Origin: Candidatus Nomurabacteria bacterium GW2011_GWE2_34_25
GTDB lineage: Bacteria > Patescibacteriota > Minisyncoccia > Phycocordibacterales > UBA9973
Direction of reading: 5' to 3'
Length of the DNA stretch: 54,608 bases
NCBI GenBank assembly: GCA_000990325.1
Contig: LBPS01000009.1
Coordinates: 1-54,608, forward strand
Position numbers and translations under genes: made by a program. The first letter of the stretch is position 1. Each line of letters opens with the position of its first letter. This document shows, piece by piece, positions 19,551 to 28,570 of this stretch. The notes beneath the pieces were generated by a model that worked only from the letters and a program-made list of their open reading frames with translations, made no database searches and was not told the DNA's origin.

Positions 19551-20819
19551 ATGGTTAAAAATGTTAATAAAACTTATCTCGATTATGCCTCTGCTACTCC
19601 TATTGATAAGAGGGTTTTGAAATTAGTATCTTTTTATGAAAAAAAGCTTTTTGCAAATGCTACTTCTATTCATAGTGGTGGAGTAAAAGCTAGAAACATT
19701 ATCGAAGAAGCAAGAGAAAAGATTGCAAGGGGTATGAATGCCCACAGTGACGAGGTCATCTTTACTGGAAGTAGTACTGAAAGTATTGCTATGGTTATTC
19801 TGGGAGTTGTAAATAATTATCAGTTAAACAACAAGGGTCACATACCTCATATTATTACAAGTAAGATAGAGCATCCGGCTGTCATAATGAATTTTAAATT
19901 ATTAGAAGAGAGAGGAAAAGCCGAAGTAACTTATATAAAAGTAAATGAAAATGGAATAGTTAATCCTAAAGATATAAAAGAGGCGATAAAGAGTAATACC
20001 GCTCTTGTATCAATAATGTATGCCAACAATGAAATTGGCACGATTGAACCCATCCAAGAAATTGCAAAAGAGATAAGACATTATAGAAAAGGGAAGGGAG
20101 CTCCTCAAGGCCTTGCCTCGGACTCTCTTGAGGCAAGGCCTTTTCCCGCTTCTTATCCCTTATTTCATACTGATGCAACCCAAGCTATCAACTATTTAGA
20201 TATTTCAAATGTAGACAAGTTAGGAGTGGATATGCTTTCTTTTAATGGATCAAAAATATATGGACCCAAAGGAGTAGGTGTCTTGTATAAAAAAAGGGGT
20301 ATAAAACTTTCCCCTATATATAGCGGAGGAGAGCAAGAGTTTGGACTACGTTCTGGAACTGAGAATGTTTCTTCTATCGCAGCAATAGCTTTGGCATTTG
20401 AAATTGCAAACAAAATGAAAATGAAAGAAGCAAGTAGACTCACTAAACTTCGTGATTATACTATCGGTAAATTGTTAAAAATAAATAATGATAATTTTAA
20501 AATAGTTTTAAACGGTGATACAAAAAACAGACTTCCCAATAATATAAATATTTCTATATCTAATATTTCAAGTGAGCTTCTGGTGATAGAGCTCGATGCC
20601 AAGGGGATAGAGGTCTCAGCAAAGTCGGCGTGCAAAAGTGGAGAAGACGATGAATCATATGTAATAACAGAAATAAGAAAAGCCAAAGGAGAAACTTATA
20701 AAGGCGAAGAAGGCTCTCTTCGTATAACTCTCGGGCGTGATACCAAAAAGACTGACATAGATAAATTCATCCTTACCTTATCTAAAATTTTAGATAAGTA
20801 TAAAAAGTGGAAAAAATAG
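19551..20819 (+). CDS. iscS: Cysteine desulfurase (IscS/NifS family)
   Basis: YLDYASATP, MYANNEIG, FHTDATQA, SKIYGPKG, RSGTEN, SAKSAC. Confidence 0.92.
   Translation: MVKNVNKTYLDYASATPIDKRVLKLVSFYEKKLFANATSIHSGGVKARNIIEEAREKIARGMNAHSDEVIFTGSSTESIAMVILGVVNNYQLNNKGHIPHIITSKIEHPAVIMNFKLLEERGKAEVTYIKVNENGIVNPKDIKEAIKSNTALVSIMYANNEIGTIEPIQEIAKEIRHYRKGKGAPQGLASDSLEARPFPASYPLFHTDATQAINYLDISNVDKLGVDMLSFNGSKIYGPKGVGVLYKKRGIKLSPIYSGGEQEFGLRSGTENVSSIAAIALAFEIANKMKMKEASRLTKLRDYTIGKLLKINNDNFKIVLNGDTKNRLPNNINISISNISSELLVIELDAKGIEVSAKSACKSGEDDESYVITEIRKAKGETYKGEEGSLRITLGRDTKKTDIDKFILTLSKILDKYKKWKK
20107..20142. repeat. Palindromic element inside the cysteine desulfurase CDS
   Basis: AAGGCCTTGCCTC-10 nt-GAGGCAAGGCCTT. 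Confidence 0.85.
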
Positions 20820-20841
20820 GTAGATATGATAGAATACAGGT

Positions 20842-21423
20842 ATGGATATTAAAGATTTAAACAAAAAACAGCTTATATTGCTTACCTTACTGATAACTTT
20901 TGTAGTGTCTATTGCTACGGGGATTGTTACTGTTTCCCTTATGAACCAGATGCCGAAAGCCATACCTCAGACCATAAATAATGTGATTCAAAGAACGATA
21001 GAGAAAGTAACAACAGTAGAGACTCCAGCTAAAGAAAGTGCCCCAGCTACTAATACACCAAATGGAAGTATTGTTCTCGGAGATGGAGATGCTGTCGTGT
21101 CTATCTATGCAATAGACGGTAGTATTCCTGTCACAGAGGCAACGAACCAATCCGCACCTTCTACTACAGATGGTACAGCTGAGACTCCTACAACAACAAA
21201 AGAACTTGGACAAGGTATTATAATTTCAGATGTAGGATTAGTTCTTGTAGATTCATCTATACTAAATGAAAGCTTGAGGTATAAAGTAATTTTGAATAAG
21301 ACAGATTTTGATGCAACAGTTTTGAAAAAGTTTACAAACGGATTTAGTATTTTAAAAATTTCAGAAAAGAAAGCTATTATTGAAACACCAGCGAAGACTG
21401 ATGAATCAAAAGTAACGCAATAA
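20842..21423 (+). CDS. Membrane-anchored hypothetical protein, possibly a degenerate trypsin-like (S1C) N-terminal fold
   Basis: N-terminal TM; GQGIIISDVGLVLV resembles the HtrA GSGxIISxDGxIxT strand without the catalytic His/Ser. Confidence 0.55.
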   Translation: MDIKDLNKKQLILLTLLITFVVSIATGIVTVSLMNQMPKAIPQTINNVIQRTIEKVTTVETPAKESAPATNTPNGSIVLGDGDAVVSIYAIDGSIPVTEATNQSAPSTTDGTAETPTTTKELGQGIIISDVGLVLVDSSILNESLRYKVILNKTDFDATVLKKFTNGFSILKISEKKAIIETPAKTDESKVTQ

Positions 21424-21477
21424 TTTTTTATTAATATTTTTACTAGTCACTAGAACCTAGTTGCTAGAACCTAATTT

Positions 21478-24171
21478 ATGCCCCCATTTAATCATTTTAC
21501 AACTAAAGCTAAAGAAGTTATCAGGAAAGCTCACGAGCTAGCTATTGAGCGTGGACAGAATCATGTAAATACACTTCATCTTCTTATCTCACTTCTGATA
21601 CAAGAAGAGTCTCTCATAATTTCCATTTTAGAAAAAATGGAAATAGATACTACTCTATTGGTAGATAATTTAAGCGATATGATAGAATCCCCTGAGAATA
21701 GGAACACTCTTTCTCCTTCTTATCAGCTCTATCTCACTCCTGATTTGGCTCAAGTCATAGAATCTTCTAGTAAAATAGCTACAGATATGAAAGATGATTT
21801 TGTTTCGACTGAACATTTATTTTTCTCTTTACTTGAGACTCCAGGTGAAGCTAGAGAACTTCTTGGTAAATTTAAAATAAATAAAGACCAAGTCTTAGAA
21901 GTTTTAAATCAGCTTAGAAAAGAAAAAGGTAATGAAGTAAATACTCCCAAGCAACCTAAGCTTATCAATAAATTTACAAGGAATCTTACTTTACTTGCTC
22001 GTCAAGACAAGCTTGACCCAGTCATAGGGCGTGATAGAGAGATTATGCGTATGATGCAAATCCTATCTAGGCGCACGAAGAATAATCCTATACTTATAGG
22101 AGAGGCAGGTACTGGCAAGACAGCTGTTGCAGAAGCTTTGGCACAAAGAATTGCAAAGAATGATGTTCCTGAGAGTTTGAAAGATAAAGAAGTAGTGTCT
22201 CTGGACTTAGGCTTACTTTTAGCAGGGACGAAGTACAGAGGAGAGTTTGAAGAGAGACTCCGTGGAATCCTTAAAGAGATAGAGAAAGCCGAAGGTAAAA
22301 TAATTCTTTTTATAGATGAGATCCATACTATTGTTGGAGCAGGGAGCTCTGAAGGATCTCTCGACGCTTCGAACATGCTAAAGCCGGCACTAGCTCGAGG
22401 AGAACTTCGTGCAATAGGAGCGACAACTTTAAAAGAATATCAAAAGCATATAGAAAAGGATCCTGCCTTAGCACGTCGTTTCCAGCCTATCTTTATAGAT
22501 GAACCAAGTGTAGACGATACTATCGCTATTCTTCGTGGGCTCAAAGAAAAATATGAACTTTTCCACGGTGTTCGAATTACTGATGATGCTATTGTTTCTG
22601 CTGTAACTCTTTCAACCCGTTACATTACTAACAGATATCTTCCAGATAAAGCCGTAGATCTTATCGACGAAGCTTCTTCTGCTCTTCGTATTGCCCTTGA
22701 GAACAAGCCACCTATACTCGAAGATGCACATCGTAAAATTATGCGTTTTGAAATAGAAAAGGAGGCATTACTAAATGAGATCGGCAGAGACTCAGGCAAA
22801 ACTGAATCAAGTAAAAAGGCAGAAGCACGTGTGAAAGATATAGACAAAGAGATAGGCAACTTGAAAGAGAAGACTCACGAGCTTGAACTTAAATGGAAGA
22901 ATGAGAAAGAAACTGTCGTAAGTATTCGTAGTATTAAAAAGGAATTAGAAACTTTACGTCTCGAAGGTGAGAACTCAGAAATGCACGCTGACCTTGCTCG
23001 TGTCGCTGAAATACGTTATGGAGAGATTCCAGATTTAAAGAAAAAGTTAGATACAAAGCTTCTAAGACTTAAGAAATTACAAAAGTCACGAAGAATTTTG
23101 AAAGAAGAAATCACGGCTGAAGATATTGCAGAAGTTGTCTCTATGTGGACAAGCATTCCTCTTTCAAAAATGCTTGAAGAAGAAAGAGAAAAATTAGCAA
23201 ACATAGAAGATGTTCTCCGGGCTCGCGTAATAGGGCAGGATGAAGCTATAAAAAAGATTGCGAATGTTGTTCGTAGGAATAGAGCGGGTATTTCAGATCC
23301 AAACAAGCCTATTGGTTCATTTATATTCTTGGGTCCTACAGGTGTAGGGAAAACTGAGCTTACAAAAGCATTGTCAGAATTTATGTTCAACGATGACAAT
23401 GCTCTTATCAGAGTAGATATGAGTGAGTATATGGAGCGTCATAGTGTCTCAAAGCTTATAGGTTCACCACCAGGCTATGTTGGTTACGATGAGTCAGGAA
23501 ACTTAACCGAAGCTGTACGTCATCGACCTTATTCTGTAATTCTTTTTGATGAGATTGAGAAGGCTCACCCTGAAGTTTTCAATGTACTCCTTCAAGTATT
23601 AGACGAAGGACGCCTGACAGATGCAAAGGGTAGAATTGTGAATTTTAAGAATACGATTATAATTTTGACCTCAAACATCGGCTCTCAATTTATCGAGAAG
23701 ATGGAGACTTTAGGTTTTACCAATAAATCAAAAGTAGATGAGTATACCCAGACCAAAGAAAAAGTCTTAGAATCTTTGAAAGATTATTTCCGCCCCGAAT
23801 TCTTAAACAGACTCGATGATACAATTGTCTTCGATATTCTTTCCCTTGATGCTATAAGGCATATTGTAGACTTGAAGATAAAAGTGGTAGTGGATAGACT
23901 AAAGGCTAAAGAAATTGGTTTTGAAATTTCAAACGATGCTTTGACTTACTTGGCAAAAGAAGGCTATAACCCTCACTATGGCGCAAGACCATTAGGGCGA
24001 CTTATACAAGACAAAATACTTAATCCTGTTGCGACGTTTATAATAGGCAGAGGAGTGAAGAAGGGAGACATTGTAAATGTAACAATGAGAGATAAAGAAA
24101 TTATAGTAGAAATGAAAAAAGGTAAAATTGTATCAAATGTGAGAGTTCGAGGAAGAATGGGAGTAAAATAA
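21478..24171 (+). CDS. clpB: ATP-dependent chaperone ClpB
   Basis: Two AAA+ modules ([16 protein letters not shown]), long middle coiled coil, YGARP. Confidence 0.93.
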   Translation: MPPFNHFTTKAKEVIRKAHELAIERGQNHVNTLHLLISLLIQEESLIISILEKMEIDTTLLVDNLSDMIESPENRNTLSPSYQLYLTPDLAQVIESSSKIATDMKDDFVSTEHLFFSLLETPGEARELLGKFKINKDQVLEVLNQLRKEKGNEVNTPKQPKLINKFTRNLTLLARQDKLDPVIGRDREIMRMMQILSRRTKNNPILIGEAGTGKTAVAEALAQRIAKNDVPESLKDKEVVSLDLGLLLAGTKYRGEFEERLRGILKEIEKAEGKIILFIDEIHTIVGAGSSEGSLDASNMLKPALARGELRAIGATTLKEYQKHIEKDPALARRFQPIFIDEPSVDDTIAILRGLKEKYELFHGVRITDDAIVSAVTLSTRYITNRYLPDKAVDLIDEASSALRIALENKPPILEDAHRKIMRFEIEKEALLNEIGRDSGKTESSKKAEARVKDIDKEIGNLKEKTHELELKWKNEKETVVSIRSIKKELETLRLEGENSEMHADLARVAEIRYGEIPDLKKKLDTKLLRLKKLQKSRRILKEEITAEDIAEVVSMWTSIPLSKMLEEEREKLANIEDVLRARVIGQDEAIKKIANVVRRNRAGISDPNKPIGSFIFLGPTGVGKTELTKALSEFMFNDDNALIRVDMSEYMERHSVSKLIGSPPGYVGYDESGNLTEAVRHRPYSVILFDEIEKAHPEVFNVLLQVLDEGRLTDAKGRIVNFKNTIIILTSNIGSQFIEKMETLGFTNKSKVDEYTQTKEKVLESLKDYFRPEFLNRLDDTIVFDILSLDAIRHIVDLKIKVVVDRLKAKEIGFEISNDALTYLAKEGYNPHYGARPLGRLIQDKILNPVATFIIGRGVKKGDIVNVTMRDKEIIVEMKKGKIVSNVRVRGRMGVK

Positions 24172-24198
24172 TAATATTATTAATAAAAATATAAAAAT

Positions 24199-24729
24199 AT
24201 GAATAAATGGAGTATAGATACAATGCATTCAATAATAGGTTTTAAAGTAAAACATCTAATGATCTCAAATATTAGAGGCCAGTTTAATAAGTTTGATGGA
24301 AGTGTAGAAATGGAGGACAGTGACTTTATTAAAGCTTCAATAAAATTCAAAGCCGAAACCAATAGCATAAGTACCAACAATACAGATAGAGATGGGCATC
24401 TTATGTCTCCTGACTTTTTTGACGTTACTAAATTCCCTGTAATATCTTTTGTCTCAAAAGAAATTACAGAAAAAGGTGATAACAATTTTGTAGTAACTGG
24501 AGATTTAGAGATACATGGAGTAGTTAAAGAGGTTAATCTAGATGTGAAGCTAAATGGAATTGGAGAAAATATGAATCATCAAAGTATTATGAGTTTTGAT
24601 GCCCTAGGAACTATTAATCGTAAAGATTTTGGTTTGAATTGGAGTGCTACTTTAGATAAAGGTGAAATAGTTGTTTCTGATAATGTTGATTTAGATATAA
24701 GTGTAGAGTTAGTTAAGAGTAATTCTTAA
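24199..24729 (+). CDS. YceI family protein
   Basis: WSIDTMHS.IGFKVKHLMIS..RDGHL.SPDFFD..INRKDFGL. Confidence 0.92.
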   Translation: MNKWSIDTMHSIIGFKVKHLMISNIRGQFNKFDGSVEMEDSDFIKASIKFKAETNSISTNNTDRDGHLMSPDFFDVTKFPVISFVSKEITEKGDNNFVVTGDLEIHGVVKEVNLDVKLNGIGENMNHQSIMSFDALGTINRKDFGLNWSATLDKGEIVVSDNVDLDISVELVKSNS

Positions 24730-24744
24730 TAGAAATATTGATTT

Positions 24745-25377
24745 ATGAAAATAATAGCTTTATCTACTTCCCCTTCACGTAATAGGAATTCTGATACAAT
24801 GCTTGATAATTTTATTATTGGGATGAATAAAGTTGCTGGTATTGAGGTAGAGAAGATATACTTAGAAGATATTCCTATTGATTTCTATAATTATGAGAAT
24901 AGTACTGGTCCTGCTTTACATGAAGAAAAGTTTAGAGATCTTATTGGTAAAATAGAGAATTCTGATGGATTAGTTATAGCTACTCCTACTTACAATTTTT
25001 CTGTACCTGCCCGTCTGAAAAACTTTATAGATAGGATTAGATTTCTTGCCTTAGATTTAACTAAGCATAATAAATTTGGACAACCAGTAGGTAAGCTATC
25101 TTATCTGAGGACATATTTTATTGTATCTGGAGGAACCCCCAATTGGGCTGAGACTATTCTTTTCTTTGCTTTTCCTTCTTTTTGGTTAAGAGGTGTGTTC
25201 TTGTACTTTGATGCTAAGGTTCTCGGAGCTTTTTATACTGGAAATATTAAAGCATTTGAAGATAAAGTTATTCTTGATAAATGTATTAAAAAGGGTGAAA
25301 GATATGCAAACATGGTAAAAAACAAGAAAGGAAACTCTATATTAGAAAGAATTTTCTGGAGAGCCCCGCAAGTATAG
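24745..25377 (+). CDS. Flavodoxin-like NAD(P)H-dependent oxidoreductase
   Basis: STSPSRNRNS, VIATPTYNFSVPARLKNFIDR. Confidence 0.85.
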   Translation: MKIIALSTSPSRNRNSDTMLDNFIIGMNKVAGIEVEKIYLEDIPIDFYNYENSTGPALHEEKFRDLIGKIENSDGLVIATPTYNFSVPARLKNFIDRIRFLALDLTKHNKFGQPVGKLSYLRTYFIVSGGTPNWAETILFFAFPSFWLRGVFLYFDAKVLGAFYTGNIKAFEDKVILDKCIKKGERYANMVKNKKGNSILERIFWRAPQV

Positions 25378-25434
25378 TTGTTAATTCGTAGTAGTAGTTT
25401 GTATTTTTGTTTTAGTAAATATATAATTACTCTT

Positions 25435-25953
25435 ATGCAAGAAGAGAAAGTATTATTTAAAGCGACGGTTTGTATACCTATAAAGGATGGCCAAGTTCTT
25501 CTTGGTATGAAAACCAGGAAGATAGGTATGGGTTGTTGGAATGGCTATGGTGGTGGAGTAGACGAGGGAGAGACTATTGCAGAATGTGCTATTCGAGAAT
25601 TAGAGGAAGAGGTTGGACTGAAAGCCAAGTTTGATGATTTAGAGAAAGTAGCTATCGTGGATTTTCATAATGAGAAAAGTGATGGAAGTATGTTCGTATC
25701 ACGGGTCCACTTTTTCTTGGTGAAAGATTGGATAGGGGAACCAACTGAGACAGAAGATGGAGCTATGGTAACTCCAACCTTCTTTGATCTTACTGATTTG
25801 CCTTATGACAAGATGATGCCGGCAGACAGAGAATTCTTCCCTTTGATTTTAAATGGCAAAAAGGTTCTTGTAGAATCACACTACACTCCCTACCAGAAAG
25901 AATTGAAACGAGAAGTGAAAATACAAGAAGTGGAAGAATTGCCTGAAGAATAA
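25435..25953 (+). CDS. NUDIX hydrolase (MutT/MTH1-like)
   Basis: WNGYGGGVDEGETIAECAIRELEEEVG, PYDKMMPAD. Confidence 0.9.
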   Translation: MQEEKVLFKATVCIPIKDGQVLLGMKTRKIGMGCWNGYGGGVDEGETIAECAIRELEEEVGLKAKFDDLEKVAIVDFHNEKSDGSMFVSRVHFFLVKDWIGEPTETEDGAMVTPTFFDLTDLPYDKMMPADREFFPLILNGKKVLVESHYTPYQKELKREVKIQEVEELPEE

Positions 25954-25954
25954 T

Positions 25955-25985
25955 AAAAATCGTGAGGCAAGGCCTCACGATTTTT
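25955..25985 (+). terminator. Terminator-like hairpin containing the GAGGCAAGGCCTC unit
   Basis: AAAAATCGTGAGGC-AAG-GCCTCACGATTTTT. Confidence 0.75.
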
Positions 25986-26068
25986 GGTTTGACAAAAGGT
26001 GAAGAAGTGATAAGGTAATAAGAAAAGAATTTATTTCATTCACGATTGTTTAACTAAAATTTAATAAT

Positions 26069-26491
26069 ATGAAGAAGATAATGATTGTTTCAGATAATCT
26101 TTTGGATTATAATCATATTTTTGGACTTTTTGATGCCTTAATTGATAATCCCGAATATGATGTCGAGACCATTCTTTACATTGAGGATGCTCGATATAGG
26201 CTAAAAGTTCTAAGTTATGATTTAATTGTCATAGATGTAGCAAATTCACCATTTGGGCAGTTTAGTCTTGAAGAAACTCAAGGTGGAAATATTACAGGCA
26301 TTGTATGGTGTGAAAAAGAACTTTTGGGGCTAGGCATTCCAATACTTTTTTGGTCTAATTGGGAAGACCATCCCAATTTGGTTAAAAATTTTATCTCAAA
26401 ATATCCTGAAAACAAAATTGGATTTTTGTGGAGAGTAAGTCTTGACAAGAACCATTTGTCTGAGGGTATAAAGAATTTTTTAAATTACTAA
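26069..26491 (+). CDS. Stand-alone receiver-domain-like protein
   Basis: KIMIVSDN, YDLIVIDV (Asp), IPILFWS; no output domain. Confidence 0.6.
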   Translation: MKKIMIVSDNLLDYNHIFGLFDALIDNPEYDVETILYIEDARYRLKVLSYDLIVIDVANSPFGQFSLEETQGGNITGIVWCEKELLGLGIPILFWSNWEDHPNLVKNFISKYPENKIGFLWRVSLDKNHLSEGIKNFLNY

Positions 26492-26495
26492 GCCA

Positions 26496-26533
26496 TAAGA
26501 AAAGCCGTAAGCTTATCTTATGGCTTTTCTTAT
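26496..26533. terminator. Bidirectional terminator between the receiver-like gene and tRNA-Tyr
   Basis: ATAAGAAAAGCCGTAAG...CTTATGGCTTTTCTTAT. Confidence 0.7.
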
Positions 26534-26548
26534 ATCTAATTTCTTTTG

Positions 26549-26630
26549 TGCGCCGAGTTGGACTCGAACCAACGATGCCCGAAGGCCGGAGATTTACAGT
26601 CTCCTGGAATAGCCGCTATCCGATCGGCGC
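26549..26630 (-). tRNA. tRNA-Tyr (GTA), CCA not encoded
   Basis: Reverse complement GCGCCGA..GGAGA-CTGTAAA-TCTCC, variable arm GCCTTCGGGC, GTTCGAG..TCGGCGC-A. Confidence 0.93.
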
Positions 26631-27412
26631 AAATCGTCTTCAATTTTCAAATATCGAACTATGTGTTTATGATTTGAAGGTTTAATTTCTTCAAAAAATC
26701 TTTTTATATCTTTTCTTCTGGTAAGATACAAATTATATAAACTAATACTCGATGGATTATATCTTAACCTTTTTAACATTAATTGTAAAGATTTAAGAAT
26801 AGGTAATGATCTATTACAAAAAGACATTTGGACACCATATTTTAATTTATATATTGATCCATCTGTGTCAAAAAATCCCCTTAAAAAACTTTTCATATAT
26901 TTATCTTTACTAAAAATCCACGAAGGAACATCAACTTGAGATTTAACTTTATTTGAAACAAGCCCTTTCTTAAATAACCATGAGGTTATTTCAACTGAAC
27001 CTAGATAAACATCTCTATATCCAGTATTACGAATAGAAATTTTTGCACTCGTTTCAAATATTTTTTTAATAAGTAAACTAACATGTTCAGCATATTTTTC
27101 TTCTTTATTTCCTAGACTAACAACAACTTGGAAATGGCTTATATGTCCATCACCAAGCATTATTCCAAAAAATTCTGCTAAATCTTCAGAATATTTATTA
27201 GGAATTTGTACCCCTTTTCTTTTTTTCAGGTAATTATCTTTTAAGTGAGGCTCTGTCTTTATTTTCAGACGTTTCATCCTTCTAAAAATTGTTGATTCTG
27301 GTATTTTTAGAATTTCTGAAATTTCATGTAGACTTTTATTCTTTTTAACATAAAGATAAAAAAGCTCAGAATAATATTTTGTCTCCTCTTCCTTTGTCCA
27401 ACATTTAGCCAT
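26594..27412 (-). CDS. Free-standing double-motif LAGLIDADG endonuclease-like protein with N-terminal HTH
   Basis: LAEFFGIMLGDG and FLRGFFDTDGS motifs; SLHEISEILKIPESTIFRRMKR HTH. Confidence 0.85.
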   Translation of the reverse strand: MAKCWTKEEETKYYSELFYLYVKKNKSLHEISEILKIPESTIFRRMKRLKIKTEPHLKDNYLKKRKGVQIPNKYSEDLAEFFGIMLGDGHISHFQVVVSLGNKEEKYAEHVSLLIKKIFETSAKISIRNTGYRDVYLGSVEITSWLFKKGLVSNKVKSQVDVPSWIFSKDKYMKSFLRGFFDTDGSIYKLKYGVQMSFCNRSLPILKSLQLMLKRLRYNPSSISLYNLYLTRRKDIKRFFEEIKPSNHKHIVRYLKIEDDLRRSDSGYSRRL

Positions 27413-27510
27413 TATTATATAATAACAATTTTCATAATAAATTGCAATTGACTACTCTACTATATACTTAAATTTTTCAACATTTAAAAAATATGCTAAA
27501 ATAAAGACAT

Positions 27511-28529
27511 ATGTCACAGCTTTATAGTAATTCAATTTTTTGGATAGATATAGAAAAGATTAAGCCGAATCCTTTTCAGCCTCGTCGTGAGTTTGACGAA
27601 GCACGTTTGAGGGACTTGGCTGATTCGATTCGTCAGTATGGTATTTTACAACCGCTTACAGTTTCTCGTATTGAGATAGTGAAGGAAGACGAAGGTATAG
27701 TAGTAGAGTATGAGCTCATTGCCGGAGAGAGAAGGCTTCGAGCCTCCAAGCTTGCCGGACTCACACAAGTCCCAGCTATCATTCGTGTGGGGGATGACAA
27801 CATGGCCAAGCTTGAGCTTTCTATTATTGAGAACCTTCAACGCGAAGATTTGAATGCAGTTGAGCGTGCTCGAGCATTCTTCCGACTTGTAGAAGAGTTT
27901 AAGTTCAACCATACTCAGATTGGTCAGAAAATGGGGAAGAGTCGCGAGTACGTTTCCAACACTCTTCGTCTACTTGCTCTCCCTCAAGAGATGCTAGATG
28001 CTCTATCCGCTGGTAAAATAAGCGAAGGTCATACACGTCCTATCCTTATGCTTTCTGACAGACCCGATGAGCAGTCTGTGCTTTTCAAAGAAATCATGTG
28101 GAAGAAGCTCACTGTCCGTGACGCAGAGAAGATTGCTCGCAAAATTGCCTTTGATAAGGTTTTCAAGAAACCCTTGGTACGAGAGTTCACATAGAAAGGA
28201 AAGAAAATGGAGGGTATATTACAATTGACTTCTTTACCAACGACGACCTTCGAACGATTTTAGGTCTTATTAAATCAAAAGAAGAAGGAGGTAACCCGAA
28301 TCTAATGCTTGAGAATTTTATTTCTCAGAAAGAATCAGAAATAAATAGAGAAGATTTGAAAGAAAATCAAGAAGTTTTAAATTCTCAAATACAACCCCCA
28401 AAAAATGATATAGGGGATTTAGAGAATATAGAGGATAGTATTAAGTTGATGGAGGATAGAACAAATGAAGAAATAAAGAAAGCTGAAGAAGATATAGATC
28501 TCTATAATATTAAAAATTTCTCAATTTAA
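27511..28529 (+). pseudogene. parB: ParB/Spo0J partition protein, frame broken at ~28160; the C-terminus continues 28161-28529
   Basis: PNPFQPR, LIAGERRLRA, IENLQREDL, HTH KSREYVSNTLRLL; other frame gives FQETLGTRVHIERKENGGYITIDF, in frame with ORF 28305-28529. Confidence 0.8.
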
Positions 28530-28530
28530 A

Positions 28531-28570
28531 AATAAAAAAACCTACAGATAAGGTCTGTAGGTTTTTTATT
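28531..28570. terminator. Bidirectional terminator between parB and rel
   Basis: AATAAAAAAACCTACAGA...TCTGTAGGTTTTTTATT. Confidence 0.8.

Noticed and set aside
21441-21474. Degenerate ~7-bp repeats (CTAGAAC) before clpB as an operator
   Set aside because: No CIRCE or CtsR consensus; resembles simple short tandem repeats like 1824-1856.
26594-27412. LAGLIDADG as part of an intein or a tRNA group I intron
   Set aside because: No host extein or splice residues; tRNA-Tyr is complete and uninterrupted.
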